DNA of 64,000 nt from a virus. Made by a program: the position numbers and the translations under genes. Below are positions 1 through 9,030 of this stretch, in pieces. The stretch is taken from positions 1-64,000 of the IMG/VR virus record IMGVR_UViG_3300000233_000007. One strand, given 5' to 3'. The notes beneath the pieces were generated by a model. It saw nothing but the letters and a program-made list of their open reading frames with translations, ran no database searches and was not told the origin of the DNA. The first letter of the stretch is position 1. Each line of letters begins with the position of its first letter.

Positions 1-59
1 CTACAACTGGTGCAGCAGCATTAGACAATGCTACAACTGCAAACAAATCAACTTGGTAG
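1..59 (+). CDS. 3' end of a plus-strand gene entering from upstream; C-terminus ...TTGAAALDNATTANKSTW* identical to that of minus-strand ORF 114..857
   Basis: Frame 3 translation of 3..59 ends in TAG at 57-59. It is the mirror image of 114..172. Confidence 0.4.
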   Translation, partial: TTGAAALDNATTANKSTW

Positions 60-172
60 TAATCAAATAAATAAAAGAGAGTTAGAAATAACTCTCTTTT
101 ATTTATTTGATTACTACCAAGTTGATTTGTTTGCAGTTGTAGCATTGTCTAATGCTGCTGCACCAGTTGTAG
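1..172. repeat. Perfect inverted repeat (palindrome): arms 1..84 and 89..172, GAAA centre at 85-88, running to the window edge
   Basis: Reverse complement of 1..84 equals 89..172 exactly (checked base by base across 61..112 and 1..60 vs 113..172). It contains the stop codons and last ~19 codons of two convergent ORFs. Confidence 0.9.
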
Positions 173-857
173 CTCCAACTCCTTGTTGATTTGCTTTAGC
201 TGATTCCATGAAAGAAGAATTTCTATCAAAAGGATGCAAATTTCCTGCATCATCTTTATAATGTAAACCTTTTTCATCTCTAACTTCAACCCATTTTCCA
301 ACAGGAACAACAGAAGCATCAAGGAATCTACCACCTTTCATGTTTTTAGGTAATTCAGGATAAGTTCTATCTTGGTCTTCAGCAATTTCCCATTGATATT
401 CTAAAAAGACATCAACTGGTTTCTTTTGAAATTCTGCTGGTACTAAACCAGTAATTCTTCTTGCCCAATCAGAGAAACTTGATGCTGGAGTAGCAAAAGC
501 TGCATCAATTTGGTCTTGAGTTACACCTACTGCTTTTACTGCATGAGCAATAACAGCCATTTTCTGTTTCATATCATCAGAATACAATTCAGCATAACCT
601 TCTTGACCTGGTTCAATTAATACATTCTTTTTACCATATAGAGAACCTGTTGTTTCATACAATCTTCTTCTATATTCTCTTTCTCCAATTTGAACCCATA
701 CATCTACTGCATTTCCTGGTCCATTATCTTTACCTGCTGTGTCAGTAAATTCAATCTTGGTAATATTACCAAGATTTAATCCAAATTTACCACCACCTGA
801 TTTTCCTTTTAATGATTCATCTCCATCATTAACTGCTCCAAATACAAAATTACTCAT
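114..857 (-). CDS. Hypothetical protein (247 aa). GC-richer than its surroundings; possibly an ssDNA-binding or recombination-associated protein given the neighbouring Sak4-like ATPase
   Basis: Long ORF with Gly/Lys-rich N-terminus. Its C-terminal codons lie inside the palindrome. No motif I can name with certainty. Confidence 0.6.
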   Translation of the reverse strand: MSNFVFGAVNDGDESLKGKSGGGKFGLNLGNITKIEFTDTAGKDNGPGNAVDVWVQIGEREYRRRLYETTGSLYGKKNVLIEPGQEGYAELYSDDMKQKMAVIAHAVKAVGVTQDQIDAAFATPASSFSDWARRITGLVPAEFQKKPVDVFLEYQWEIAEDQDRTYPELPKNMKGGRFLDASVVPVGKWVEVRDEKGLHYKDDAGNLHPFDRNSSFMESAKANQQGVGATTGAAALDNATTANKSTW

Positions 858-922
858 ATTATATATTTTTTAAATTAAATTTGTTTAAGAAAACTCTTTT
901 AAAATAAAACTCTTGAATTTTT

Positions 923-1231
923 TTAGTTATTCCATGTAACTGCTTCACTATTTGAAGCTGTACCCTCTTCAGTAACTTGTTCAGATTCTTCTACTGAAGC
1001 TACTTCTGGTGCATCATTAGTTTCTTGATGAATATCTTCTTCAGAAATTTCATCTTTTACTAATACAAAAGCAGGTGCATGAAATTTTCTGATTTTCAAT
1101 CCTGCTGATTTTAATGCTGCACCCATTTGGGTTACTGGAATGTTGTAGAATTCTGCTAATTCTTTTTTCTTCATTCCATCATTAACTTGTTTAGTTAATG
1201 TTTCTACATTGATTTGAACTGGTTCTCTCAT
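923..1231 (-). CDS. Small HTH DNA-binding protein with an acidic C-terminal tail
   Basis: LTKQVNDGMKKKELAEFYNIPVTQMGAALKSAGL is helix-turn-helix-like. C-terminus is Glu/Asp-rich. Confidence 0.55.
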   Translation of the reverse strand: MREPVQINVETLTKQVNDGMKKKELAEFYNIPVTQMGAALKSAGLKIRKFHAPAFVLVKDEISEEDIHQETNDAPEVASVEESEQVTEEGTASNSEAVTWNN

Positions 1232-1256
1232 TTTTTAAAAAATTTTAAAATTTATA

Positions 1257-1976
1257 TTAATTATAATACTCGTTTACTTTTTCAACTACTAATCCTAAAT
1301 CATTTGGGATATATAATTGCTCAAACATTCCTGGTGCTGATTTTGATGGAAATTGTCCATCAAAATTAGTTACAAATTCTTTACTCACTTTTTTAGCTTG
1401 ATTATCATAAGATTGTTTACCATATAATACAATATCAAACTTTCCTTCAGGAGTAATATAATCTTGGGTCATTTTACCAACTGTCTTATATCTATAAGAA
1501 ACAGTATCACTACTACTATCTTTAAACTCTTCATAATGAGCCATCATAATAAAATTAACAGTATGACTACTTTCCATAGCTGTAAATATTTTATCCATAA
1601 ACTCACCAATTTGTTTAAAAACATCATAACCTTTTTTCATAGCATTTGCCATATAATAATCTTGCATAATATAATTACTATCATCAATAATTATATTTTT
1701 GATTTCTGGTCTATTACCAATAACATAAGTTATTGCTTTTGCCACATCAGCTCCATTATTACTAATAAATCTATTACCATTTTCTTTTGTTGGTGGTTGT
1801 AAAGGATTACAAATTTTGTAAATATTATTACTTCCTTTAAATGGTAATGGTTTACTTGTAGCACTAATAATAAAAGTTTCAGCAGGATTTAAACCTTTAA
1901 GTCCTAATTGTTCAGAACCACCAATACTGGTAGATTTACCAAATCCTGATGGTGCTAATACTAATATTTTTGCCAT
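1257..1976 (-). CDS. P-loop ATPase, AAA_24/Sak4-like (RecA-fold recombination ATPase)
   Basis: N-terminal Walker A ILVLAPSGFGKST and Walker B-like IIIDD. Size and layout are typical of the phage Sak4/AAA_24 family. Confidence 0.55.
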   Translation of the reverse strand: MAKILVLAPSGFGKSTSIGGSEQLGLKGLNPAETFIISATSKPLPFKGSNNIYKICNPLQPPTKENGNRFISNNGADVAKAITYVIGNRPEIKNIIIDDSNYIMQDYYMANAMKKGYDVFKQIGEFMDKIFTAMESSHTVNFIMMAHYEEFKDSSSDTVSYRYKTVGKMTQDYITPEGKFDIVLYGKQSYDNQAKKVSKEFVTNFDGQFPSKSAPGMFEQLYIPNDLGLVVEKVNEYYN

Positions 1977-1977
1977 A

Positions 1978-2760
1978 TTAATTAATAATTATAGGTGTTC
2001 TACCATCAGTAATAATAACTTTATTATTACTATTTCTGATAGCTTCTATCCATTGTTGTTGTAAAACTTCTTTAGTTAAACCTGAAGACTTCATTCTATT
2101 TGTTTCAGCATCAATTTTTGCTTTTTCCAAATACATTTTTGAAGTTTCTAATTCATTTTTAACTTTATTAGCTTGTTGAATAGCATTATTTCTTTCTTCA
2201 ATAGCATTAGCCATTGATTTAGGTGGTGTAAGACCTGAAGTTAATGTATTTAAAGTAAAGAATTTTTGATTAAATCTTTCTTTAAGTATTTGTTCAACAC
2301 TTTTTTCAAAAGTAGCAAGATTATTCATCAATGAATCAGTAGTATAATTTCTTGCTTCTTCTCTAAATACATCAGTTACTAATTTATTTAATACATTACC
2401 TTCTACATTATCAAGAAAACCATCTCCTGTACCTAAATGTTTATAATTTAATACAATATTTGGTCCTTTTGTTCTTGTAACTTGGTAAGTATAACTTGGG
2501 TCAATAGTAAACATACCTGCATCTTTAGCTGAAACTCTAACTGCATCTACATCAGCTTTTTGTTCAAACATAGGTACTTGATATAATTCACTTCCTGGTC
2601 CTAATGGTCCTTGAGCACCAGTAACAACTTTGAAAGATTCAATACCATTTCTACCATAATCTGTCATTAAAACACCTTCATAATTTGGTTCTGGTCTATT
2701 ACAAGATACAGATACAATTGCTAAAATAATAGCAACAACTAATAATTTAATTCTTTTCAT
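1978..2760 (-). CDS. Lipoprotein (signal peptide plus lipobox Cys); possibly an SPFH/band-7-like fold
   Basis: MKRIKLLVVAIILAIVSVSC N-terminus. C-terminal coiled-coil segment. Confidence 0.55.
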   Translation of the reverse strand: MKRIKLLVVAIILAIVSVSCNRPEPNYEGVLMTDYGRNGIESFKVVTGAQGPLGPGSELYQVPMFEQKADVDAVRVSAKDAGMFTIDPSYTYQVTRTKGPNIVLNYKHLGTGDGFLDNVEGNVLNKLVTDVFREEARNYTTDSLMNNLATFEKSVEQILKERFNQKFFTLNTLTSGLTPPKSMANAIEERNNAIQQANKVKNELETSKMYLEKAKIDAETNRMKSSGLTKEVLQQQWIEAIRNSNNKVIITDGRTPIIIN

Positions 2761-2947
2761 CTTTTTTTATTTTAAAAAATTTAACATAAGGAAAACTGAT
2801 TAATAATACTAAATGTAATAACATTATTATAAACCATAAAAATGGTATAGAACTTCTAAAGAAAGATAATGTTATAGTTAACATTAATACATTAAGTAAT
2901 AAAAATAACAATACTTTGAATATAAGAGTTCTCATATTATTGTTCAT
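2747..2947 (-). CDS. Small membrane protein (2 predicted TM helices)
   Basis: 66 aa, very hydrophobic. Start and stop overlap the neighbouring genes by a few nt. Confidence 0.4.
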   Translation of the reverse strand: MNNNMRTLIFKVLLFLLLNVLMLTITLSFFRSSIPFLWFIIMLLHLVLLISFPYVKFFKIKKDEKN

Positions 2948-3479
2948 TTGAAATTACTAACCAATCTTCTGCTAACAAATCAGGATTTGTAGGAGTATAA
3001 GGAGTAACATATCCTAAATCAGTTTTTAATGCAATATAACCAGAGTAAGGAACTTCTTCTCCAAATTCTTCTCTTGCTACATTAGTTCTTGCTGGATATA
3101 CACCAGGAGCAACATAATACAAGTATCTACTTTTACCTTGAATAACCCAAGATTTTCTTGTAACCTTGTAACCTTCTTTTAATGCTTCTAAAGCATCACT
3201 AAAATCATTTAATACACTTTCTCCACATCTTTCACATGTATCAGGATTACCTGAACATTGTGCAATGTCTTCAATGTTTTCTTCTGATTTTTTAAATAAC
3301 TCTTCTTCAGGAGTATTTTCTACTGTATCAACAATCTCTTCTTGTTCAAGTGATTTTAATAAAGCAGTTGAAAGTAGCAAACCTAAAAATGGATTTTTCA
3401 TTCCAATTTCTTTAATGAAATTTGGATTCACATCTTTAATGTCAATTTCTTGACCATTTTGAATAACTCTTACTTGCAT
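2937..3479 (-). CDS. Hypothetical protein; the C-terminal half has a W/P/D...DW pattern reminiscent of the DUF2829 family
   Basis: ORF 180 aa. CxxC-containing middle segment CSGNPDTCERCGES. Confidence 0.5.
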   Translation of the reverse strand: MQVRVIQNGQEIDIKDVNPNFIKEIGMKNPFLGLLLSTALLKSLEQEEIVDTVENTPEEELFKKSEENIEDIAQCSGNPDTCERCGESVLNDFSDALEALKEGYKVTRKSWVIQGKSRYLYYVAPGVYPARTNVAREEFGEEVPYSGYIALKTDLGYVTPYTPTNPDLLAEDWLVISNEQ

Positions 3480-3482
3480 AAG

Positions 3483-3760
3483 TTAATTTTTAATATTAAT
3501 TTGTCTAAAACTCTTTAAATTTCCAAGCATATTTGCTCTGAAATGTTGTGGAAAAATACAATGTCTTGATTCTACAAGATGTATTGTTCTCATATTAGGA
3601 AATATAGGATTATTTTTACTGTCTTTTATAGATAAACCAAAATGTTTAGTTAATTTATATCTTTCATCATTTGGATTAAATATTGTAAATACATAATCAG
3701 CATCTTCTGCTAAATTCTCTTTTATTATCACAGTTGTTCTTTTAATCAACTGTTTCTATA
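3483..3760 (-). CDS. Replicative DnaB-family helicase, exon 3 (C-terminal part; boundary approximate)
   Basis: ...LAEDADYVFTIFNPNDERY matches the DnaB C-terminal motif EQDADVVMFLYRDEYY. The reading frame opens only 12 codons upstream of the listed ATG, directly after an in-frame stop. Confidence 0.55.
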
Positions 3761-4627
3761 TATTTCTATATAGGATGGACTATATCATCATCTCTATTGA
3801 GATGTTGGGTACTCTTGTCAGTATTATATTCTACTATTAAAGTAGTTTCAACCATTAGTCTCTGAACCTTCACACTTTGTTAAAGGTGTGCTTGGCTGCT
3901 GATTACCTTGCATTTCTGTTTAGGCTTCCCAGCAATTCACCCAATTCCTTTACAACATCACTATTGTAAGGGGCTTATTGAATAATTATTTTCTATTATC
4001 TCTTTTAAATTTACTAAAATAAAATCCTTTTATAGATTTTACATTCATATTGTAATTATCAAACCTATTAATATGATTAGAAATTGAAGTTTTAGAAACA
4101 TTTAACTCTTCAGAAGCAAATTTTACTGATTTATACTCTTTATAAAAAGTATTATCACTATTATAACAATAAATAGTATTATAAAAATTTGTTTTATTTT
4201 CTTCTTTATTAAAATATTCTGTTATTTTTCTTTTCCTAACCATTTCATTATTAACATTAATATTTTTAATTAAGTTTCCTGGTCCAGCATCTACACCATT
4301 TACTAAACTATGTTTAATAAAATGTTTTTCAACTAATTTTTTCTCATAAATATGAGATTCTTCCCAAGAACAATTTAAAATTGTTAATAATTTAATTTTT
4401 GGTCCGATACCATTTTTTAATAAACTTCTTATCCAATTCTCTTTATGAGAATTTGAATAATTATTTTTTGATTTACAAATATGTTGTGAAAGTCTTTTTT
4501 CAAGACTACTTTTTGTTCTTCCAATATACCTTATTTCACAATTATAAGGATTATATAAGCAGTAAATTTTTATTTTCATAATCAATTTTTATATGACTAC
4601 AAAGATAAGTAAAAAATTTCTATTTTC
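3761..4627 (-). mobile_element. Putative group I intron 2 in the helicase gene, carrying GIY-YIG HEG 3986..4585 (boundaries approximate)
   Basis: Non-coding 3750..3985 separates helicase motif H4 (..SDDIKDTG) from ..LAEDAD. It shares 12-14-mers (tctctgaacctt at 3859, cttggctgctgatt at 3891) and a near-identical 3' end with the polymerase intron. Confidence 0.5.
3986..4585 (-). CDS. GIY-YIG homing endonuclease
   Basis: IYCLYNPYNCEIRYIGRT...LEKRLSQH...N: canonical GIY-YIG layout with the Arg and His, then a basic C-terminal DNA-binding half. Confidence 0.7.
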   Translation of the reverse strand: MIMKIKIYCLYNPYNCEIRYIGRTKSSLEKRLSQHICKSKNNYSNSHKENWIRSLLKNGIGPKIKLLTILNCSWEESHIYEKKLVEKHFIKHSLVNGVDAGPGNLIKNINVNNEMVRKRKITEYFNKEENKTNFYNTIYCYNSDNTFYKEYKSVKFASEELNVSKTSISNHINRFDNYNMNVKSIKGFYFSKFKRDNRK

Positions 4628-5402
4628 CAAACCTGTATCTTTAATATCATCAGAAGTAGGATATAATTCATCTTTAGCATGTCTTATTCTATCTACATCA
4701 GTCATACCTCTATTTGTATGTATAATAGGTACAAATGTATAACCACACCAATTTCTTAATTCTACCATATATTCAACCATTTTATCAACAGTTTGTTTCA
4801 TCTGCCAACCTCTCTCATTGATTAGTTTTCTTAAATGGTCCATTATTATGATAGTATATTTTTCTGGATGGTCTGATACATATCCACCTATTCTTGATAC
4901 AACACCTGATTGATAACTAACAAATCTTCCTGATTTTTTAGCATGTTCTTTAAGAAATTTATAAATTCCTGTTGGATTATCTTTTTGTTCAATAAATTTA
5001 ATTAAACCTTTTTTCAATAATTCACCATTTTGAGCATATTCTCCAAATAAAGGAATAATTCTGTTTTCATAAACAACTTTTAATGCTTCTTGAACACTTT
5101 CTTTAACTCTTATAATATTTCCATTATCATCTTGTAATCTACCTCTTAAATAATCAGGAGATAAATCAATAATATTATTTGTAATACCACCAGAAGTATA
5201 AGTAATACCTTCATCTAACTGTATTTTTTCCATACCAAAATCATGGAATAGAAAATAAGCAGCAAAATCAAATTCTTTACTTATTCTATCTAATTCAAAA
5301 GAAAAATAAATCCATTCAACAGGTATATTATTCTGTACTGCATATAGAAAAGGTTGTATTACAAAAGCATAATCTACAAATGTACTCTTACCCAAGAGTT
5401 GT
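4628..5402 (-). CDS. Replicative DnaB-family helicase, exon 2 (RecA-like core; boundaries approximate)
   Basis: Begins ..LLGKSTFVDYAF (second half of Walker A). IIIMDHLRKL is the H3-like motif. ...VPIIHTNRGMTDVDR...SDDIKDTG is the DnaB arginine-finger region. The ORF-track M is a TTG, and an in-frame stop lies 2 codons upstream. Confidence 0.7.
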
Positions 5403-6238
5403 TATCTTAAAGGCTCTTTATCCTTTAATTCTGCAATTTCATTTGTTATAGTTGCAGTTCAGACTATATCTTCTACTCTTTGAGTAGTGCTGATTTCTTG
5501 CACATATTATATTCTCTTTTACAGAGTTTCAATGTGTAGTCGTTTGGCATTTACTAATATATTATTATTAGATTTAGCACAGGATTGTCCACTTCTGGAG
5601 TTTCCCTGTTTAACAGCATTTTACAAGACCAGTTTATATGAGAATATATAACCATTCATTTGTTTGTATTTACCATATAATACTCTTTGTATTCCACTTC
5701 TATCCATACCTAATTGTATAGATGCTTGTCTTATACTTGAATATTCATTAATAAAATTACCTTCTAAATCAGTTTGTATAATTGATTTTGAACCATTTGG
5801 TTTCATTCCTTCTTCAAAAAGTTTTAATCTACTAATAGACATTTTCTTTTTACTTTCTTCTGAAGGAGTATTATTAATTACATCTCTTGTTATATTATAA
5901 ACAGGATTTAATTTATCAACAAAATATTGTTCTCTTTCTAATAAAGATTCTGTACAATATTCTAATACACCAAATTTAAAATTTTCAATACCATATTTAT
6001 TTACTGCTGATTGCAACAAATTATTAGGGTTTTTATTATGATTTAATAAACTAAAATGTTTTGTTTTTCTATTACCTAAATTCATAGAACTTCCAATATA
6101 CATTTCATTATTTACTAAATTCACAATTACATAAACACCTTCATTTTTAAAATTATATATTTCCATATCATTTATTTATTGCAAATATAAAAACTAATTT
6201 TTACATCCACAACAAAATGCACCATTTTCTTTAGCCTT
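5403..6238 (-). mobile_element. Putative group I intron 1 in the helicase gene, carrying GIY-YIG HEG 5621..6166 (boundaries approximate)
   Basis: It interrupts the Walker A box: exon 1 ends ..RIYGVAAAP, exon 2 starts LLGKSTF. DnaB has ..VAARPSMGKTAF. Non-coding structured segment 5403..5620. Confidence 0.55.
5621..6166 (-). CDS. GIY-YIG homing endonuclease
   Basis: GVYVIVNLVNNEMYIGSS...R...H...N motif set. Confidence 0.75.
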   Translation of the reverse strand: MEIYNFKNEGVYVIVNLVNNEMYIGSSMNLGNRKTKHFSLLNHNKNPNNLLQSAVNKYGIENFKFGVLEYCTESLLEREQYFVDKLNPVYNITRDVINNTPSEESKKKMSISRLKLFEEGMKPNGSKSIIQTDLEGNFINEYSSIRQASIQLGMDRSGIQRVLYGKYKQMNGYIFSYKLVL

Positions 6239-6376
6239 TGGTGCAGCAGCAACACCATAAATTCTACCTCTTTGTACTCCATTGATAGATTTAGAAACAT
6301 TAGCTAATCCATCACCCATAGGTAATCCTTTATTACTACCTTCCTGACCTTTTTTGAATTCTTCTATTAGATTCAT
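6239..6376 (-). CDS. Replicative DnaB-family helicase, exon 1 (no N-terminal DnaB domain)
   Basis: GLPMGDGLANVSKSINGVQRGRIYGVAAAP matches DnaB GLPTGFxDLDxLTGGLQPGDLIIVAARP. Downstream residues to the stop at 6194 look intronic. Confidence 0.6.
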
Positions 6377-6927
6377 TATTGCATAGTATTAGTTATAGCT
6401 GTTCTACCTTGTTCTTGTTCAATACTTAATTTGTATTTTTCAATCCAATCAAGTAAATCACTTGTTTTAGTAGCACCATCACCTTTTTCAATAAAATAAT
6501 GTGGAAATCTAATATAGTCTGGGTCTGTATTAAGAAGATACATTCTTGTAGCACCTAATACATCTTCTTTTCTTATATCAGGATTTTTAGCAAATAATTT
6601 TTTCATTCTTGCAGTAGCTTCTCTCACTTTTCCACCTCTACTTGAATTATGTTCTTTAAATGCTTCACAAAAATGAGTTTTAACCCAATCAAAAGCAGTT
6701 TGTTGTCCTTCAAATAATGGAATATTCCATTTATAAGAAGTTACATCACCATTTTTACTTATCTTTTCAGCTTCATAAATATTAGTAATATTCATTCTTT
6801 TTTTAAAATCATCAGGAACATAACTTGGATTATAACCATAGAATAAAGATATTAAATAACATATTCCATCATCTTTCTGAATTCTAAATTCAGTTAAGAT
6901 TTCTAAAATGTCTTCATTTATATTCAT
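6376..6927 (-). CDS. Hypothetical protein, probably replication-associated by position
   Basis: 183-aa ORF. Stop overlaps the helicase start (ATGCAATAATG). Confidence 0.5.
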   Translation of the reverse strand: MNINEDILEILTEFRIQKDDGICYLISLFYGYNPSYVPDDFKKRMNITNIYEAEKISKNGDVTSYKWNIPLFEGQQTAFDWVKTHFCEAFKEHNSSRGGKVREATARMKKLFAKNPDIRKEDVLGATRMYLLNTDPDYIRFPHYFIEKGDGATKTSDLLDWIEKYKLSIEQEQGRTAITNTMQ

Positions 6928-7691
6928 AGTTTTTGTTTTACTAATTCATTTAACTGATAATTTAACTCATGTTCATTATCTATATCAATTTCTGTTTGAT
7001 TTATACAATTTCTAACATCATTAATAGATAAACAAGGTTTATTTAATAAAACATATTCTTCAGCTTTTTCTTTTGTTGAAAAATACTTTCTATCTACACC
7101 ATTACCAGTATGAGTTTGTGAAGCTCTATTTACTTTATGTATTTCACTATTAGTATTTTTTAATGCTCCATAATCATAAACCCAATAATCATCACCTTCA
7201 GAAATATTTACACCATCTTCAGTTTTAAATAAAAAAGAAGTATGTCTAATTGTATTTAAAGGCATAGTTGTACCAGATTTAGCTTGACAAATAATCTTTT
7301 CACCAGGATAAAAATATGTTATTTCTTGAATAGCATAATTAGTCAATTCATCTGTTAAAGAATCTTGAACTTTATCACCAATAGTAAAAACTTTTCCATC
7401 AGATAATCTTTCAACTGAATAAATTGTAACACCATGAGTATTTAATAAAGCTGTAATATACTCTTCACCATGTCCAGTCATATTAGATAATCTACCATCA
7501 TGTTGTTTTAAAATTATTATTTTATAATTCTTTTCAACAACTTCTTCCCAATATTCAGGATAACCTTTTGGTTGAAACCAATTATGATTCCAATAATGAG
7601 CATAATCTTTTTGCATAGTAGGTTTTGATATATAACCTATTTCTGGACTATTTTCAAAAGGTAATTTTTTAATTAATTTGAACTTTTTCAT
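6924..7691 (-). CDS. Hypothetical protein
   Basis: 255-aa ORF overlapping both neighbours by 4 nt. No motif I can name. Confidence 0.5.
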   Translation of the reverse strand: MKKFKLIKKLPFENSPEIGYISKPTMQKDYAHYWNHNWFQPKGYPEYWEEVVEKNYKIIILKQHDGRLSNMTGHGEEYITALLNTHGVTIYSVERLSDGKVFTIGDKVQDSLTDELTNYAIQEITYFYPGEKIICQAKSGTTMPLNTIRHTSFLFKTEDGVNISEGDDYWVYDYGALKNTNSEIHKVNRASQTHTGNGVDRKYFSTKEKAEEYVLLNKPCLSINDVRNCINQTEIDIDNEHELNYQLNELVKQKL

Positions 7692-8800
7692 AATTTAATG
7701 TTTTTAAATCTTATATATTCAACTTTGCTTTTATCAAAATTTTGCAATGCAGATTCAACCCATTTTTCATCTTGAGTTCCAATTAAACATAATACCCAGA
7801 TAGTTGCTTTATAATTAGGTTGGTCCAATAATGTTCTTGCTACTTTTTGAGAAGTTAATCCATTTTTATCTGAATCAGCTTGAACCATAAATAAATGGTC
7901 AATTTCTTTATAAGTAGTACCAACTCCACCAGCATTTACCATAGCAATTTCATCAATTTCACCAGAAATAAATTTATTTAGATATTTATCATCAGTTTTA
8001 CTATGAAAAACATTACTACATAAATACTCTGCTTGTTTAATACCAGAAGAAAATATTAACTTTCTTCCTTGTAAATTATCAATAAGATATTTTGCTGCTT
8101 TAGTTTTTGAATCACTATCATAAACTGACCTCATTCTTGCAAGAATTCTAAATTGTGCATCTTTTCTTTTTTGAAAAATAGCTTTTTGTGCTGAACTACT
8201 TAACCATTTATATTGTTCTTCTTCTGAAGTCATAAATGGTTTATCTTTAGTACCAGCTTTTACAGTTTTTTCTCTACTCATATCAATCTCAATTACTTTT
8301 ATAGTATAATTGGCTAATAAACCAATATCTACTGCTTCATTAATTGATAATTCATATAATATAGGTAGTTTTAAAGACTTGTAAAGGTCTTTTTTAGTTT
8401 CATGTTTAGTTTGAGTTCCTGTCATACTAATAATGTAATCAGCAGTAAGTTTTCCATTGATTATATTAGATAAATTGTTTTCAGTAGCAAATTGTTCTTC
8501 ATCTAAAATAATAAGTTCATAATGACCTTTTATTTTATTTAAAGAAGTCCATGTTACTGTCTTCAATTTATTTAAGAACTTTTTAGCTTTCCAAGTATTA
8601 AATTCTTCTGGTATATCTTCTTCAGCTAATTTAGCTAAAGGAGTTACCCAAAGAATTGATTTTGGATTGTTCTTTTTAATAATATCAATAACAAGTTTAC
8701 TTTTACCTACTCTGGGTGCTAATAACAATCTACCATGAGGTTTCAAATCTAAAGAATCAACTATTTCCTTTTGGATTTTACTCTTTTCTTTGTTTGTCAT
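7688..8800 (-). CDS. SF2 DEAD/DEAH-like ATPase/helicase (UvsW/SNF2-like)
   Basis: Motif I LLLAPRVGKSKL, motif II LILDEEQ, motif III ISMTGTQ. Confidence 0.6.
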   Translation of the reverse strand: MTNKEKSKIQKEIVDSLDLKPHGRLLLAPRVGKSKLVIDIIKKNNPKSILWVTPLAKLAEEDIPEEFNTWKAKKFLNKLKTVTWTSLNKIKGHYELIILDEEQFATENNLSNIINGKLTADYIISMTGTQTKHETKKDLYKSLKLPILYELSINEAVDIGLLANYTIKVIEIDMSREKTVKAGTKDKPFMTSEEEQYKWLSSSAQKAIFQKRKDAQFRILARMRSVYDSDSKTKAAKYLIDNLQGRKLIFSSGIKQAEYLCSNVFHSKTDDKYLNKFISGEIDEIAMVNAGGVGTTYKEIDHLFMVQADSDKNGLTSQKVARTLLDQPNYKATIWVLCLIGTQDEKWVESALQNFDKSKVEYIRFKNIKL

Positions 8801-9030
8801 GCTTTAAATTCTTTTAAATATTTTATGACTACAATGATATACTCTATTTCAGCATTAAAAGACTTATTAAAAGTTTCTTTTATATCTTTAAAAATATTAC
8901 TTTCTTTATCAGTAATAATATTTAAAGGAATTTGAGAATCTTCTAATAAATTATTAATAACAAAATTAGAAGAAGGAGTTGCTTTACCTTCAACTTTTGT
9001 AATTATTATAGGATAACAAGTAAAACTCAT
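8797..9030 (-). CDS. Small hypothetical protein
   Basis: 77-aa ORF in operon context with 4-nt overlaps. Confidence 0.4.
   Translation of the reverse strand: MSFTCYPIIITKVEGKATPSSNFVINNLLEDSQIPLNIITDKESNIFKDIKETFNKSFNAEIEYIIVVIKYLKEFKA

Noticed and set aside
1-172. Treating the terminal palindrome as a proven hairpin telomere
   Set aside because: Only 172 bp are visible and fold-back assembly artefacts give the same picture. Kept as a finding but not called a telomere.
149-334. Short antisense or overlapping ORFs (149..334-, 1464..1802+, 3265..3453+, 4399..4581+, 5664..5900+, 14907..15146+, 17622..17860+, 21581..21778-, 25359..26172 block, 26471..27140-, 30709..30936-, 36749..36976+, 38245..38508-, 43013..43240-, 44289..44492-, 46455..47255-, 49918..57538 minus-strand ORFs, 63102..63320-)
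   Set aside because: Embedded in or opposite to much longer coherent genes. Low-complexity Leu/Ile/Phe/Ser-rich translations are typical of AT-rich antisense frames. No independent support.
4589-5395. ORF-track start M for the helicase core ORF
   Set aside because: The codon at 5393..5395 is TTG (Leu in context: ..LLGKSTF) and an in-frame stop lies two codons upstream. It is an exon boundary, not a translation start.
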